Below the pieces are notes generated by a model, which made no database searches, had not been told where the DNA came from, and saw only the letters and a list, made by a program, of their open reading frames with translations. A stretch of DNA of 64,000 nucleotides from Amphiscolops sp. MND2022. Lineage: Eukaryota. Numbering within the stretch: position 1 is the first letter of the stretch; the number at the start of each line of letters is the position of its first letter. Of this stretch, positions 52,201 through 63,425 are shown piece after piece. The DNA lies in NCBI GenBank assembly GCA_964187785.1, contig OZ076410.1, forward strand, positions 48,670,001-48,734,000. Reading direction: 5' to 3'. The position numbers and the translations under genes were made by a program.

Positions 52201-52666
52201 CTTACTAGGTTCCGAATAAAATGAATTCCTGGAGATTTTTACTGACTGTGACAACTTGGAAAAATTTTGATTAAAACTACCACTTTGTCACGTGACTGAA
52301 AAGATGTTCGTAGCTTTCCAATTATTAGTCTGAAACAGAAAAATCTGCAAATTTGTTTTAAAATGGCAAGTTTGATAAGTTGACTAACTTCTCGACTGGT
52401 GATCACATGGCAACACGTGATGATCTCTTCCGTTTCAGATGAAATACAACAAAGATTTCATGCTGTATGGAGTTGTTCAGCATTGTGGTGACATTGACAG
52501 TGGTCACTACATTGCCAATGTATACGTGGCCAAATACAAAAAGTGGTTCAAATTTGACGACCACGAGATCTATAGTATCGACGACAAAGATAAAGTCATC
52601 TCTCAGTACGCGTATCTTCTTTTTTATACTACTCGTGCAGATATCATCAAGGCAGAGAGTATCTAA
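41814..52666 (+). CDS. USP8: USP8/UBPY-like ubiquitin C-terminal hydrolase, 7 exons, about 1028 aa (whole gene span)
   Basis: Exons 41814-43274, 43710-43989, 44207-44442, 44591-44772, 50813-51024, 51220-51707 and 52439-52666 join through GT-AG introns (phases 0,1,0,2,1,0) into 3087 nt. Domain order: N-terminal MIT-like region, rhodanese-like domain (LVFDLR...ILRGGF), PxVDRxxKP motifs, then a USP domain with Cys box [32 protein letters not shown] and His box [10 protein letters not shown]...WFKFDD. Confidence 0.9.
43710..43989 (+). CDS. USP8: USP8-like exon 2
   Basis: Acceptor TTTTAAG|GAAAAAG in frame with ORF 43725..43994; donor AAAG|GTTAAA, phase 1. Confidence 0.75.
44207..44442 (+). CDS. 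USP8: USP8-like exon 3 (contains KRTNSSPNL)
   Basis: Acceptor TTTAG|AAAAAT fits phase 1; donor AAACCG|GTAACA, phase 0. Confidence 0.75.
44591..44772 (+). CDS. USP8: USP8-like exon 4 (Cys box)
   Basis: TTTTCAG|GATATT ... GTACG|GTAAGT; encodes [24 protein letters not shown]. Not in the ORF track. Confidence 0.92.
46350..47255. mobile_element. About 900-bp non-autonomous insertion splitting the Tc1 transposase at PLG/FWEN
   Basis: Removing it rejoins KKPLG to [10 protein letters not shown]; ends TCCAGCC/GGCTGGA; internal CTCACAGTGCCGAAAA and GACCCTTTGG subrepeats. Confidence 0.75.
46622..46692 (+). other. tRNA-derived, SINE-head-like sequence (Pol III A and B boxes)
   Basis: A box TGGCGCAGCCGG at 46629 and B box-like GGTTCCACCCC at 46673, 44 nt apart as in tRNA; acceptor stem does not pair. 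Confidence 0.45.
48329..49034. mobile_element. 706-bp Tc1-type MITE with TIRs related to the neighbouring Tc1
   Basis: TA|CTGTAGGGTACCAAAAAGCTA ... TAGCTTTTTGGTACCCTAGTG|TA; no coding capacity. Confidence 0.8.
49294..50700 (+). mobile_element. IS630/Tc1-like transposon with about 125-bp IR/DR termini and a frameshifted transposase
   Basis: TATA at both ends; long TIRs built of repeated GAAATTCAAGTGAAA-like motifs; ORF pieces 49514-50056 (VFVDEFG), IFDNAPAH at about 50175, [13 protein letters not shown] (50233-50460). Confidence 0.88.
50813..51024 (+). CDS. USP8: USP8-like exon 5
   Basis: TTTTTAG|AGGAATT fits phase 2; encodes [12 protein letters not shown]...[11 protein letters not shown]; donor TTAG|GTAACT. 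Confidence 0.88.
51220..51707 (+). CDS. USP8: USP8-like exon 6
   Basis: TTTTCAG|ATGGTCTA gives DGLH; encodes [20 protein letters not shown]...FMYLSLPIP...CPVC...LIIHLKRF; donor AGA|GTTAGT. Confidence 0.9.
51778..52195. mobile_element. hAT-type MITE in USP8 intron 6
   Basis: Homologous to 54328-54740; ends GGGTCTT/AAGAGCC; degenerate 8-bp flanks ACAAGCTC/ACATGCTT. Confidence 0.6.
52439..52666 (+). CDS. USP8: USP8-like exon 7 (His box, stop)
   Basis: TTTCAG|ATGAAA; encodes [18 protein letters not shown]...WFKFDD...AYLLFY; TAA ends at 52666. Confidence 0.92.
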   Translation: MKYNKDFMLYGVVQHCGDIDSGHYIANVYVAKYKKWFKFDDHEIYSIDDKDKVISQYAYLLFYTTRADIIKAESI

Positions 52667-54327
52667 TGCCTCCCAATTTTGCAGAATGTCGTTTTACAGT
52701 TTATTCAAGGGTCCTAAAAACTTTTTAGTTCCAGGTTGTCCTGATAAATTGAAGTCTATGTGGTGATACTGAGCGAATATTTCTCTGCAAGTTTGAAATT
52801 CTTGTATAGGGCCGCAGTGACGACCTGGTGTATTGTTTTTTATTACATTGGAAGCGCGAAGTACTCTGATGAAAGTTACCTTTTGATTTTGAAATTACTT
52901 GACAATATATTCCTTTGGACCCGTGATGCGGTTTTCAATATTCTTAATGGGAGTTGTGACTTGTTTCCATTTTCCTTGCGAAAAAGCTCATTAGTTTCGA
53001 TAATTGTAGATAATTTATTGGTAGTTAATTAGTTGTATAATAATAATCCATTCCATTAGCATCAATGCTTTTCATTCACTGATGTTTGCTTCAGCTTTGC
53101 CGCATTGTTCCGATAAATTAGAACTTGCAAATGTTCATCTCATTTCTCGAAGAAATTTTTAACTACGCCTTTCTTTTCGATAGTTTTAGCTGTTTTCAGG
53201 CGCTGATGTGGAAATGATATTCGATGGCTGTTTCTGAATTTAAATTTGTTTCGCTGAAGTTTCTGGGTTTTTACTGAAATTATTTTCATCTACGTAAACG
53301 AATGTTGAAATGGCTGTATCCTTTTTTTCTCTGACAAATTTGACTTCAAATAAGTGAATGCGCAAAAACCATTATCATTTCCATCATTCTATTATTATTA
53401 ACCTTAACTTGGCCAATGTGCCAAATTTGGCACATTTTGTTTCTGCAAATTGTTAACGCACCAGCTGATTGTATGGTAAAGCAAACCCTTTAATAAGAGT
53501 TTCAGACAATATTGCATAGCATTCGGCGCCTTTTCACGGAAAATTGACGTGATGTCTCAAAAACCCAGAAAATGACGCAAAAAAATCAAAAGAAAAATAA
53601 GTGCAGATTTTCCGTTTTCCCAGTTTTCGTTTGTGCCCCTTTTATCCCACTGGTATCAACATTGGGTCAAAGCGTCCCCAGCATGTTTTGAAACATGTTG
53701 AAAAGCAAGCAGAGACACGACGCGTGCAAAGTTTTGGCGCAAAGTTCGGAGCCAGTGCGGCGAAGCCGCACGCCAGCGGAGAACTTCGCGCAAAAAACTT
53801 TGCGCGCAAGGGGCCCGCGCTAGCGGGCCCCAAGCCCAGCAGTTTAAAAATTGATTTGAAAGCCCCAATGCTCCTCTTTCGAACGCTGTATAAATCGTTT
53901 GTCGGACTTGTATAGTTCAGGAGATATTGCGGTTTAAAGTTGAAGCACCTGATTTTTGGACGCAACAAGATTTTTCCTGGCCAACTTAAGGTTAATCTTC
54001 AAAATGTTGCCAATTATTATGAATATGAAATAACGAGGGAAGTAGCAATATTGAAGGCGATCCGATACGACGCTTATAGCGTGTCAATCTAAACGATTCT
54101 AACTTATAAAACGTTACCTCAAAAACGATTGATTTCAGACAATTCCTTCAGAAGGAAATATCAAACGGCTTATATAATTTTTTGTGGTATTTTAGCTTGG
54201 TGGTTTCTACACATACTAAACAGCAGAGGCATTCCACTTCAAGCAAAATTTCACCAGGGACTGATTAAAAAAATTTGCAAGTATATTTCTGCAGCATAAG
54301 CGCCCTATTTTAGAGCTGTTCAATTTT

Positions 54328-54740
54328 GGAACTTTTTCCTTTTCCCCCCACACTTTTCAAGATGATGTTTTTGCAATTAATTATATCTCAATTGCGTTTC
54401 CAATGAAACAGTTCAGTTTTGAATTTATTCTCAAGGTGATAGTTTAGGATTCAGATACAAACTTTGTTCACACTTTTTCCCTATGTAGTTACGCATTTTT
54501 GATGAAGAAATCAACAGCTTCCTGTTTTGAGTCATCAATAAACACTCAATACGAACATAATTAGTCAAATTGTGTGAACAATGTTTTGTTCAAGCGGAAA
54601 ACTACTCTAACAGTGTGGAGACAACAAAACAAAGGAAAAGATTTATTCGAAGAAATATTGAATGATATAGTCAAATATAATCTTTTATGTTGAGTTTGTT
54701 TTCTTTAAAAAGTGTGGGGGGGGGGAAAGGAAAAAGAGCC
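54328..54740. mobile_element. hAT-type MITE with a perfect 8-bp TSD TCAATTTT
   Basis: TIRs GGAACTTTTTCCTTTTCCCCCCACACTTTT / AAAAGTGTGGGG...GAAAGGAAAAAGAGCC; TCAATTTT at 54320-54327 and 54741-54748. Confidence 0.82.
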
Positions 54741-57216
54741 TCAATTTTTACCCAAATCGGCAGCACAACGCCATAGGACTTGATCGAAACTGAGAAAACA
54801 AAGTATTGCTACAATTCATTTGCTGCCAAAAGGTCCATTCCTCCATATTTGAGTTGTATAGCTCTGAGTACGGAATTTGTGATCTTGTTAAAGTTACTAC
54901 TACATTTGCACTTCTCAACAGCAAAAATTCAGGTTTTTGAAAGTCGAATGGAATACGTTCTTGAAAAAAATTGATTAATCCGAGAAGCTATTGTGGTTTA
55001 TGAATCGCGAATTCCTGTTATTTCAGTCAAGATTCCGTTAAACCCGGGGAATCAGTTGAACAAGAAATTTTGTTATTTTATTTGGCGCTCTCTGAAGAAA
55101 AGGCATGATTTTTTGAACACTTCAAAAGACCAGTTTTATGAACTTGCGTAGAAATGCTAGGCACAAGTTACTTCAATCAGGCGGGTTGATTTCATGTCAG
55201 ATCTACTCAACGCCGAACTTCATTATTTTTTTGCTTCCTTAATCGAAGAAACATGTTTTTTTTACACGGGATCTTTTGTCTAGCTAATATCGCTTGAAAG
55301 TACTTTCCACTTGGCCTAGATTGAGACGCCTTTCTCTGTGTGGCGTGTGAGTTACGAAGTACAGGGGCTCGAGTCCCGCATTAGACAAAATTTACTAAGC
55401 TTCCAAACTTTGAAAAGCAGTAACAGGGGTCCCCGTTTGATTATTTCTGCGATAGCAGAAAAAATATTGAAATCTGAAGATGTCTACTTTTTTCTCAGTA
55501 AAAATCTCTCACGATACTGAATAATTCAGATATTTTGTTCGGCAGGGACCTGCATTCAAATATATATTTCCTTTAGTCCGAAATTTACTATTACTACTAA
55601 AAGACTGAATTGATTCTAGTCAACAAAAAAATATTTGATGATATTTACACGGACTGATTTTTTTACCAACAGATTTAAAGGCGGTATAGACTGACTGGTA
55701 CAGTGATTAATTGTGCGCTAAATGATGATTAAACAGAAGTGTATTGGTATTCCAGATATGATTATTATTATTGAAAGATTAAAGCAGAAATAATAGTGTG
55801 CCCCGGAGGGGCCTATTTTTTCACACTGAGACTTCCCTGACTTTTTAAAACCTAATCGTCGATTTTTCGCATAAACTAGTTTAGCTTCGTATAAACTAAG
55901 TAGTTTTGAAATCTAAACTTTGCAACTTTTTTTAGTCGACTTTTTGTACGCGATTCGTGTACCTACTGAAAAATACGGATATTTTGTTCGGCTGTGAGTA
56001 AGCTTGAGATTTATATTTCGCAAGCTGCCGACGACAATTCGTTTCTCGTGCGATGAAACGAACGAGTGGCAACTATGCATTCGTACGCCGATTTCATTGA
56101 GATATACGTACGCCGAATTCATTCAAATATGCGTAATTATGCTTTCGTACGCCAAGTTATTGAAATGAAGCGAGCGAATATTCGTAATTATGCTTTCGTA
56201 CGCCGAGTTATTGGGATGAAGTGAACGATTGTTAATTATTCGTTCACCGAGATTTTCGCCTTCATTCAGATGCAAATACGAATCGTCGTCTACGCTTAGT
56301 AGTTATATTTTCTTTGGCCCGAGAAGAATTAAAGTCTGTGTAAACTGGTAGTGATTAATTGTGTGCTATATAATAATTAAACGAGTTTAGTTATTCCAGA
56401 TATGCTATTAATGAACATAAAAGCCTTAAAAGCAGAAATAATACTGCGCCTTAGGGGCCTATTTTCAGGATCCCAACAGCTTTCGAGGTTGTTTCTTGTA
56501 AGTCTCGTGGGAGGACCCCACACGATACCATTTTGGGATAATGACCTGAAACAAAACAGATTTATACCAGCAAAAAACTTCAAAAAGTGAAAAGATTTTA
56601 TCTCTTCCAAAAACAGTTCTGATTCGAGGTTCCGATTGACATAAACCAAAAAAAATATGCTATGATAGTTTTCAACATAAGCCATGGAAAAATCACCACC
56701 ATTCGCATGAAAAAGTTACTTTCAAAGCTTGGCAAACCTTGTTTTCATTTGGGAAGCAACACATTCTGATCTCCACCGAAGTCAAAAAACAGATGCAAGC
56801 GGCTTTTGGCTAGCCTTAAGACGTTCTTTCTGCTCGCGCTCGCAGATCGTCCAGATATTTGGCCACTTTGAATTCGATTTTGAAAATTTTGATTTTTTTG
56901 ATTTAAAAAATCATTTGCAACGAAGAATTGGAACGAGCTCCTAAAAGCCACTAATAAGTCTGTATCTTTAGCTTTTGAGGGTTTCTAACGAGTTTCAGCT
57001 TTGAAAAAAACTTGAATTTTCAACAAATCTAAACAGCCTAATTTATTATTCTGCTCTCAAAGTAGTTCTTAACAAAAAACATCGAAGAATTTCGCTTTCG
57101 ACTTTTTTGCACAAATCAGGAAAAGATCAATATTGAGTTTCTGAAAAAAGACAGTTTGGGTGAAAAATAATTTCCAAGAAAAAATGTTCTTTATACAAAC
57201 TTGCTTGCCGAGCTAC

Positions 57217-59388
57217 ATATATGAGCAAAAAACTGTGGATAAAATGGTCAAAAAATGGAAAACCGGAGAAAAAGTATCAAATTTGCTTGAAATCAGCTAT
57301 TTGTAACTTGATTTTTTGTCCCAGACAATATTTAAAAAACACTAATATAAACTAGATGAAATTCTAAGAAATTTTCATTTTTGATGTTTTTCAAAATCCT
57401 CAACAGATTTATAGAATATCGAGCCCAAAATCGCGCCGGGGACGTTTTCTCACTTATAGCACTCTAATACACTTTTGAAGATGCAGTTATTTGTGTGTTC
57501 CGTTTTTTTGTTTCACCTAGAAGCAGGGGTTACAAAAATATACGTAATATACATATACGTCAAAAATCATGCTGAAAATGCTTTGCAACGATTATGTAGA
57601 ACTTCCCAGAAGATTCAAATTAGGAACACTACTTTTACTTAAATTTCAATTCTGGAAGTACTGTTGAAGTTTTGTCGATTTGTTATTTGCTTCCGATGTT
57701 ATTTGCTCGATTTGTTATTCCATCGCTTCAACAATCATGTCGTAACTAGTGTAATGCGCGGTATTTAATGAACGTCGTCAATTTCATGGGCAATTCCTAA
57801 CGATGACCCTTCACCGGGAGTTATTTCGCTGTTTGAGTTACAAAGCCCCGAGTTTGAGTTAGGTTGTCGATGACAGGTTTTCGATCAATCTCAGTATTCC
57901 GTGTTGCCCTAATTCAGTATCATTAAGGTTTTTGAACACCGTACTTTCTGTTTTGTTGTTCATGTCCTCGAAATGCTTTTCGGGCAGACTGGAATTTTCA
58001 GCGTAACGCTGACTACTAGATTCGTTCCCGTCTCCTCTCTCCTCGGGGAGTCTCTTTGCAGCCTTGTTTTGATGAGTTTCTTCGGCATTTTGACTGAGGA
58101 GAGGAAAGATGGCGAGGTAACGATTCAAATAATGGCTAGTTTTTTCCGGATCTTCTGATGGATTCTGATAATTCGCCCGAGGTTGCTTTTGCGGGAGTAA
58201 TATCGTAAAATGAACGGAAGTTAGACCAATGTAACAGGAATTATACGAAGAGAAACAAATGCAAAATCAAAGATCACTGAAAATCATTGTGGAATATTCT
58301 CAAACAAGTTCTTGATCAATATTATCACAAAGCATGACAGGAATACCCGAAGGCAAAATTCAAAGGAGTGACTCTGAACGCGCGTCTGGTAGAACTACTT
58401 CCAGCTAGACACGCGGGATAAGTTCAGCTCGGCGTCCTTCCGAAAAACGTACGCTCGGAAATCGGTTTTCCGTTTCATCTTACTTCTAAGGAAAAGTGGG
58501 AATCAACTTTCTGCCGAAGCCAAATTCCCTGTCCCTCTTCTTCATTTCCTCACCGAAGCTGAAATTGGCAATGAAAGTTCATGAACCTAGACACTGAGCG
58601 GGAAAAAAATGAAACTATCACTGAGGAAAACTGGAAAATTCTGCAGTTTGAAGAAGCAATTTGCACTAAATACAAAAGTAGCACTCCCGCTAACTAGTTG
58701 GACTCACAACAACTAAACAGTTGCCCAGAGCCTTGACTCACATCGTATATAAGTAAAGCTTCACTTTACCAAAGTATACTGGTATTAAAGTCAACAATCA
58801 TGACTGACTAATGTACTAAAAACATTTATTACATGTATATAAAGGAAATTTCACTCTAATGTAGAGGATTCATTACTTTGTTCGGTTAGTTTGAGGAAGC
58901 AATCCAGGCAGATGACTCAGGCAAAAATAGTACAATGTTGCCTGGGATGTTAACTCAGATTTCTTTATTACTCAAGTTCGAAACATCAACAAGACTGTTT
59001 TTCACAGCATCATTACTGTTTTTTTACATTTCTTAAACTTTCATATTAGGCTTTTTCCAGGCTGTGGATATATATGAGCAAAAAACTGTGGATGAAACGG
59101 TTAAAAATTGGAAGACAGGAAAAAAGTTGCAAATTTGCTCATGATCAGCAATTTGTAACTTTCCTATATTTTGTCCCAGAAAAAATTATAAAAAACACTA
59201 ATATAAACTTGATGAAATTCTAATAAATTTTTATTTCTGATGTTTTTCAAAATCCTCAACAAATTTAAAGAATATCGAGCCCAAAATCGCCCCAGGGGAC
59301 GTTTTCTCAATTATAGCACTCTAAAACACTTTTGAAGACGCGGTAATTTGTGCGTTCCGTCTTTTTGTTTCACCTAGAAGCAGGGGTT
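57217..59388. repeat. Two direct copies of an about 320-bp repeat (57217-57531, 59070-59388)
   Basis: ATATATGAGCAAAAAACTGTGGAT...CACCTAGAAGCAGGGGTT is collinear in both copies. Confidence 0.85.
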
Positions 59389-61424
59389 TGCAAAAGTCAA
59401 TAGAAATTAATTTTTACAATTTTCAATTCAAAATTGAATTATTCCATTAATGAAATACATAAAAATCCATTATTCAATTATGGCATTTAATGGTTTTCAA
59501 AAAAATTTTCACTGAGGGATTCGTCTATTAGTTCGTTCTTGATAATAAGGGTGAAACTGTAGTTTCGATTATAATGCAGCTATGATCCATAGCCATGGTT
59601 TTACGTAATTTTTCATTACTGAAAAATCATTAATAATAGCCTAGAAATTCACTATTAATTTTGAAGGAAAAGACATGATTTTGACTAAAATGTACAAATA
59701 TAAAAAATGGAAATTAACGGCATCATTAGAAGTTATTTAATGGAATTTTTAGACATGAAAAATCCAATAATGGAAACCCAATAATGGGAATTAATTTTCC
59801 TAACATTAATTTTTGAGGACCCGCCAACAACTGAACACTTATCATTTTCCGCTCATTCAAAAACCAAATGAAAGGCGTCTTGAATCAAAATGTAAGTTTG
59901 AACTGAGCTGTCAATCACAACTTCGCATTTTTTATATTTTGAAAATGCGAAAGTATTTTGGATGACGATTTGTTGATTTGAGTTCAAATTACTCGCTAAT
60001 TATGTCCTATGTTGTACTCAAAACTGATATAATTCTCAATGATTGACAACGAATAAACGAAGTTCAGAAAACATTAATGTTTTGTTGCCAGGTGTCTCCA
60101 GCTACACAAAAACCTTTAATAGCCACATTGAAGTTTTTTGACATTTTCATCAACTGCGAAAGACAACTCATCAACTTTTTTAAAACAAATTTTGATGGGC
60201 TTTCTGATCTTTGAGTTGGCGCCAATTTGAGACGTTCGTATTTCGAATTGTTTTGTAATTTTAAGTACTTTAAAACAAAATTCGTTTTTCAAATGGTTTG
60301 AAAAATGCATATTCCAGCAAAAAACAAACATCATTTTAAAATCATATACCTCGGGCATTCCCAAGTCTGTAGCATACAGGAAAGTTCATATTAAAAATAC
60401 GCTCTCTACACATGCTTAAAGTTTACCTAATCATCCTATTTGTAGAGAAAATAAGAGAAACTGAGACAAATTGTATATTATATTGGAAAACAGAAGAGGC
60501 GTAAGATATCTCAAAATTAGGATTTTCGTTACTTGTGAAACAAAAACAGCCCACGGATGTTAACGCCTTGCGGTAAGCGCTTACCATCTACGAAGATAGA
60601 TTTTTCTTTTTCGAAACCTTTTCGTCAGCTCAAGCTTCTACATTGGCAAGATCTCAGAGAACGTTTTTGTTTTTCTTATAATCTAAGCTTTTTATATGAT
60701 TGCTTTTTATTGATTGATGGAGCTTTTGGTGTAATTTTTGAACGAAGACCCATTTTCCAGGGTTTTCCATATGATGCGTTCACATGTTGTGTTCTCATAT
60801 GTTGCATTCTCATTGGTGCGTTTGTTGTATTCTGAACTTATAAAGGTAAAACAGTTTTCTAGAATAGCTTCTTTCTATATCGAACGTATAGTATCGTATC
60901 CAAAACTTAAAGTGATATAACAAAGTTTTATATCAAATGTCTATTGTTAGTAAATATGGCAGGCAGTTGTCCATGACCGAAACTCGGTAGAGGTTATATG
61001 TCTGGTCCGGCAATTGACGGTGGAACCGTATAACACTTCCCCTTCTTCTTTCTCGGGCTTCAAAATTGCGATGAAGGGCCAGGTGGTGTCATGTCACCCG
61101 GGAGGAAGTCCTGTGGCTTCTGCACCAGTTCTGACAGCAGTTGAGGGTGCCTTTTGTACGGCTCCAAATTGGTCCTGTAACGACAATGATGTTGTCACAT
61201 ATAAAAGTTTCATTGATATGGTACATTACCATATCTATTCGATTCATTTATGTTTTGGTTTGACCGTCTGATATCAATTCTCACCCTGATGTATCTCTCC
61301 GCCAGTATCCATTTGTAGGGAATCATTCTCGGGATCGGTACAGATTGGCTAGGATCGGCCGTCTCTCTCCGACGTATCATACATTCTTACGGTTTCCTCC
61401 GGTATTTCTTCTTCTTCCTCGTCG

Positions 61425-61425
<1 letters not shown>

Positions 61426-61473
<48 letters not shown>
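61426..61473. repeat. (CAT)16 microsatellite
   Basis: Direct count. Confidence 0.97.
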
Positions 61474-61942
61474 GTTCCGAATCTGTTTCGGTGCGCTTTT
61501 TATTTTGGACGATTCGGAGCTTCACGTTCAGAAAATCGCACAGTATCTCGTCCCACTTCCCGTATTCACTAACAGATTAACAAACGCAATACCAAAAACA
61601 CTTAGCATTTGTTTGGATGTAGAATTATTAGTTGAATCCAATAACTATGATTTACTTGCGACTGCTTTAACATACTTTGAACAGAAGAAGTTAAATGTTA
61701 TATTACTAGAAAAATTTGATGAAATGCCTGAAGAATTTGAATCTAATTCATTCACCCGAAATTCAATAGGAATTCAAAAAGCTGGAAATGATGCAATCAG
61801 AATGATGAAGTGGTTGATTGCAGATCACTACTATGATATCATGAACTATTACAATTTAATCGCTACTGCTCTAACTGCGATGAAAGGTGATAAACTTAAT
61901 GTCACAAAGCGTAATTTCGTTATAATAAATGACAGACATTGA
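61472..61942 (+). CDS. 156-aa hypothetical ORF in tandem unit 1
   Basis: ATG start; helical-looking composition; no recognised domain; copy 2 has TAC>TAA at 63625-63627. Confidence 0.35.
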
Positions 61943-62228
61943 AACAGATGGTGAAGCAATTTACTCAGATAGTGATATGTCGTCAGACGAAAGCATGCAT
62001 ACCTTCATGCATACCTCAGATGAAGACTTTATTGAAGTCGAAACCGAAGACGAAACTGAAGACGAATTTGACGACGAAACTGAAAATGAAACTGAGTATG
62101 AATCTGATGATAGTGTGATAGAATATAAAAGACAGAAAATAGTTTCGTGTGAAGATGAACAAAAATTAGAGATAAAATTTAAACGGAAATTTGATTCTAA
62201 TTGTAATAAATGTAACAGATTCAAGTAA
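61929..62228 (+). CDS. 99-aa acidic hypothetical ORF ending CNKCNRFK, overlapping the previous ORF by 14 nt
   Basis: Asp/Glu-rich; second copy starts at 63881 and runs off the window. Confidence 0.3.
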   Translation: MTDIETDGEAIYSDSDMSSDESMHTFMHTSDEDFIEVETEDETEDEFDDETENETEYESDDSVIEYKRQKIVSCEDEQKLEIKFKRKFDSNCNKCNRFK

Positions 62229-63343
62229 TCAGTGATCGATATGTAAATTTTATCATTTTAAAATCATATACCTCGGGCATTCCCAAGTCTGTAGCATACA
62301 GGAAAGTTCATATTAAAAATACGCTCTCTACACATGCTTAAAGTTTACCTAATCATCCTATTTGTAGAGAAAATAAGAGAAACTGAGACAAATTGTATAT
62401 TATATTGGAAAACAGAAGAGGCGTAAGATATCTCAAAATTAGGATTTTCTTTACTTGTGAAACAAAAACAGCCCACGGATGTTAACGCCTTGCGGTAAGC
62501 GCTTACCATCTACGAAGATAGATTTTTCTTTTTCGAAACCTTTTCGTCAGCTCAAGCTTCTACATTGGCAAGATCTCAGAGAACGTTTTTGTTTTTCTTA
62601 TAATCTAAGCTTTTTATATGATTGCTTTTTATTGATTGATGGAGCTTTTGGTGTAATTTTTGAACGAAGACCAATTTTCCAGGGTTTTCCATGTGATGCG
62701 TTCACATGTTGTGTTCTCATATGTTGCATTCTCATTGGTGCGTTTGTTGTATTCTGAACTTATAAAGGTAAAACAGTTTTCTAGAATAGCTTCTTTCTAT
62801 ATCGAACGTATAGTATCGTATCCAAAACTTAAAGTGATATAACAAAGTTTTATATCAAATGTCTATTGTTAGTAAATATGGCAGGCAGTTGTCCATGACC
62901 GAAACTCGGTAGAGGTTATATGTCTGGTCCGGCAATTGACGGTGGAACCGTATAACACTTCCCCTTCTTCTTTCTCGGGCTTCAAAATTGCGATGAAGGG
63001 CCAGGTGGTGTCATGTCACCCGGGAGGAAGTCCTGTGGCTTCTGCACCAGTTCTGACAGCAGTTGAGGGTGCCTTTTGTACGGCTCCAAATTGGTCCTGT
63101 AACGACAATGATGTTGTCACATATAAAAGTTTCATTGATATGGTACACTACCATATCTATTCGATTCATTTATGTTTTGGTTTGACCGTCTGATATCAAT
63201 TCTCACCCTGATGTATCTCTCCGCCAGTATCCATTTGTAGGGAATCATTCTCGGGATCGGTACAGATTGGCTAGTATCGGCCGTCTCTCTCCGACGTATC
63301 ATACATTCTTACGGTTTCCTCCGGTATTTCTTCTTCTTCCTCG

Positions 63344-63344
<1 letters not shown>

Positions 63345-63425
<81 letters not shown>
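63345..63425. repeat. (CAT)27 microsatellite
   Basis: Direct count; paralogous to (CAT)16 in unit 1. Confidence 0.97.

Noticed and set aside
52760-53450. Additional gene or transposase downstream of USP8
   Set aside because: Only short stop-rich frames, with no motif or splice pattern I can support.
57217-59388. LTR retrotransposon with 320-bp LTRs
   Set aside because: No TG...CA termini, PBS, PPT, TSD or retroviral ORFs seen.
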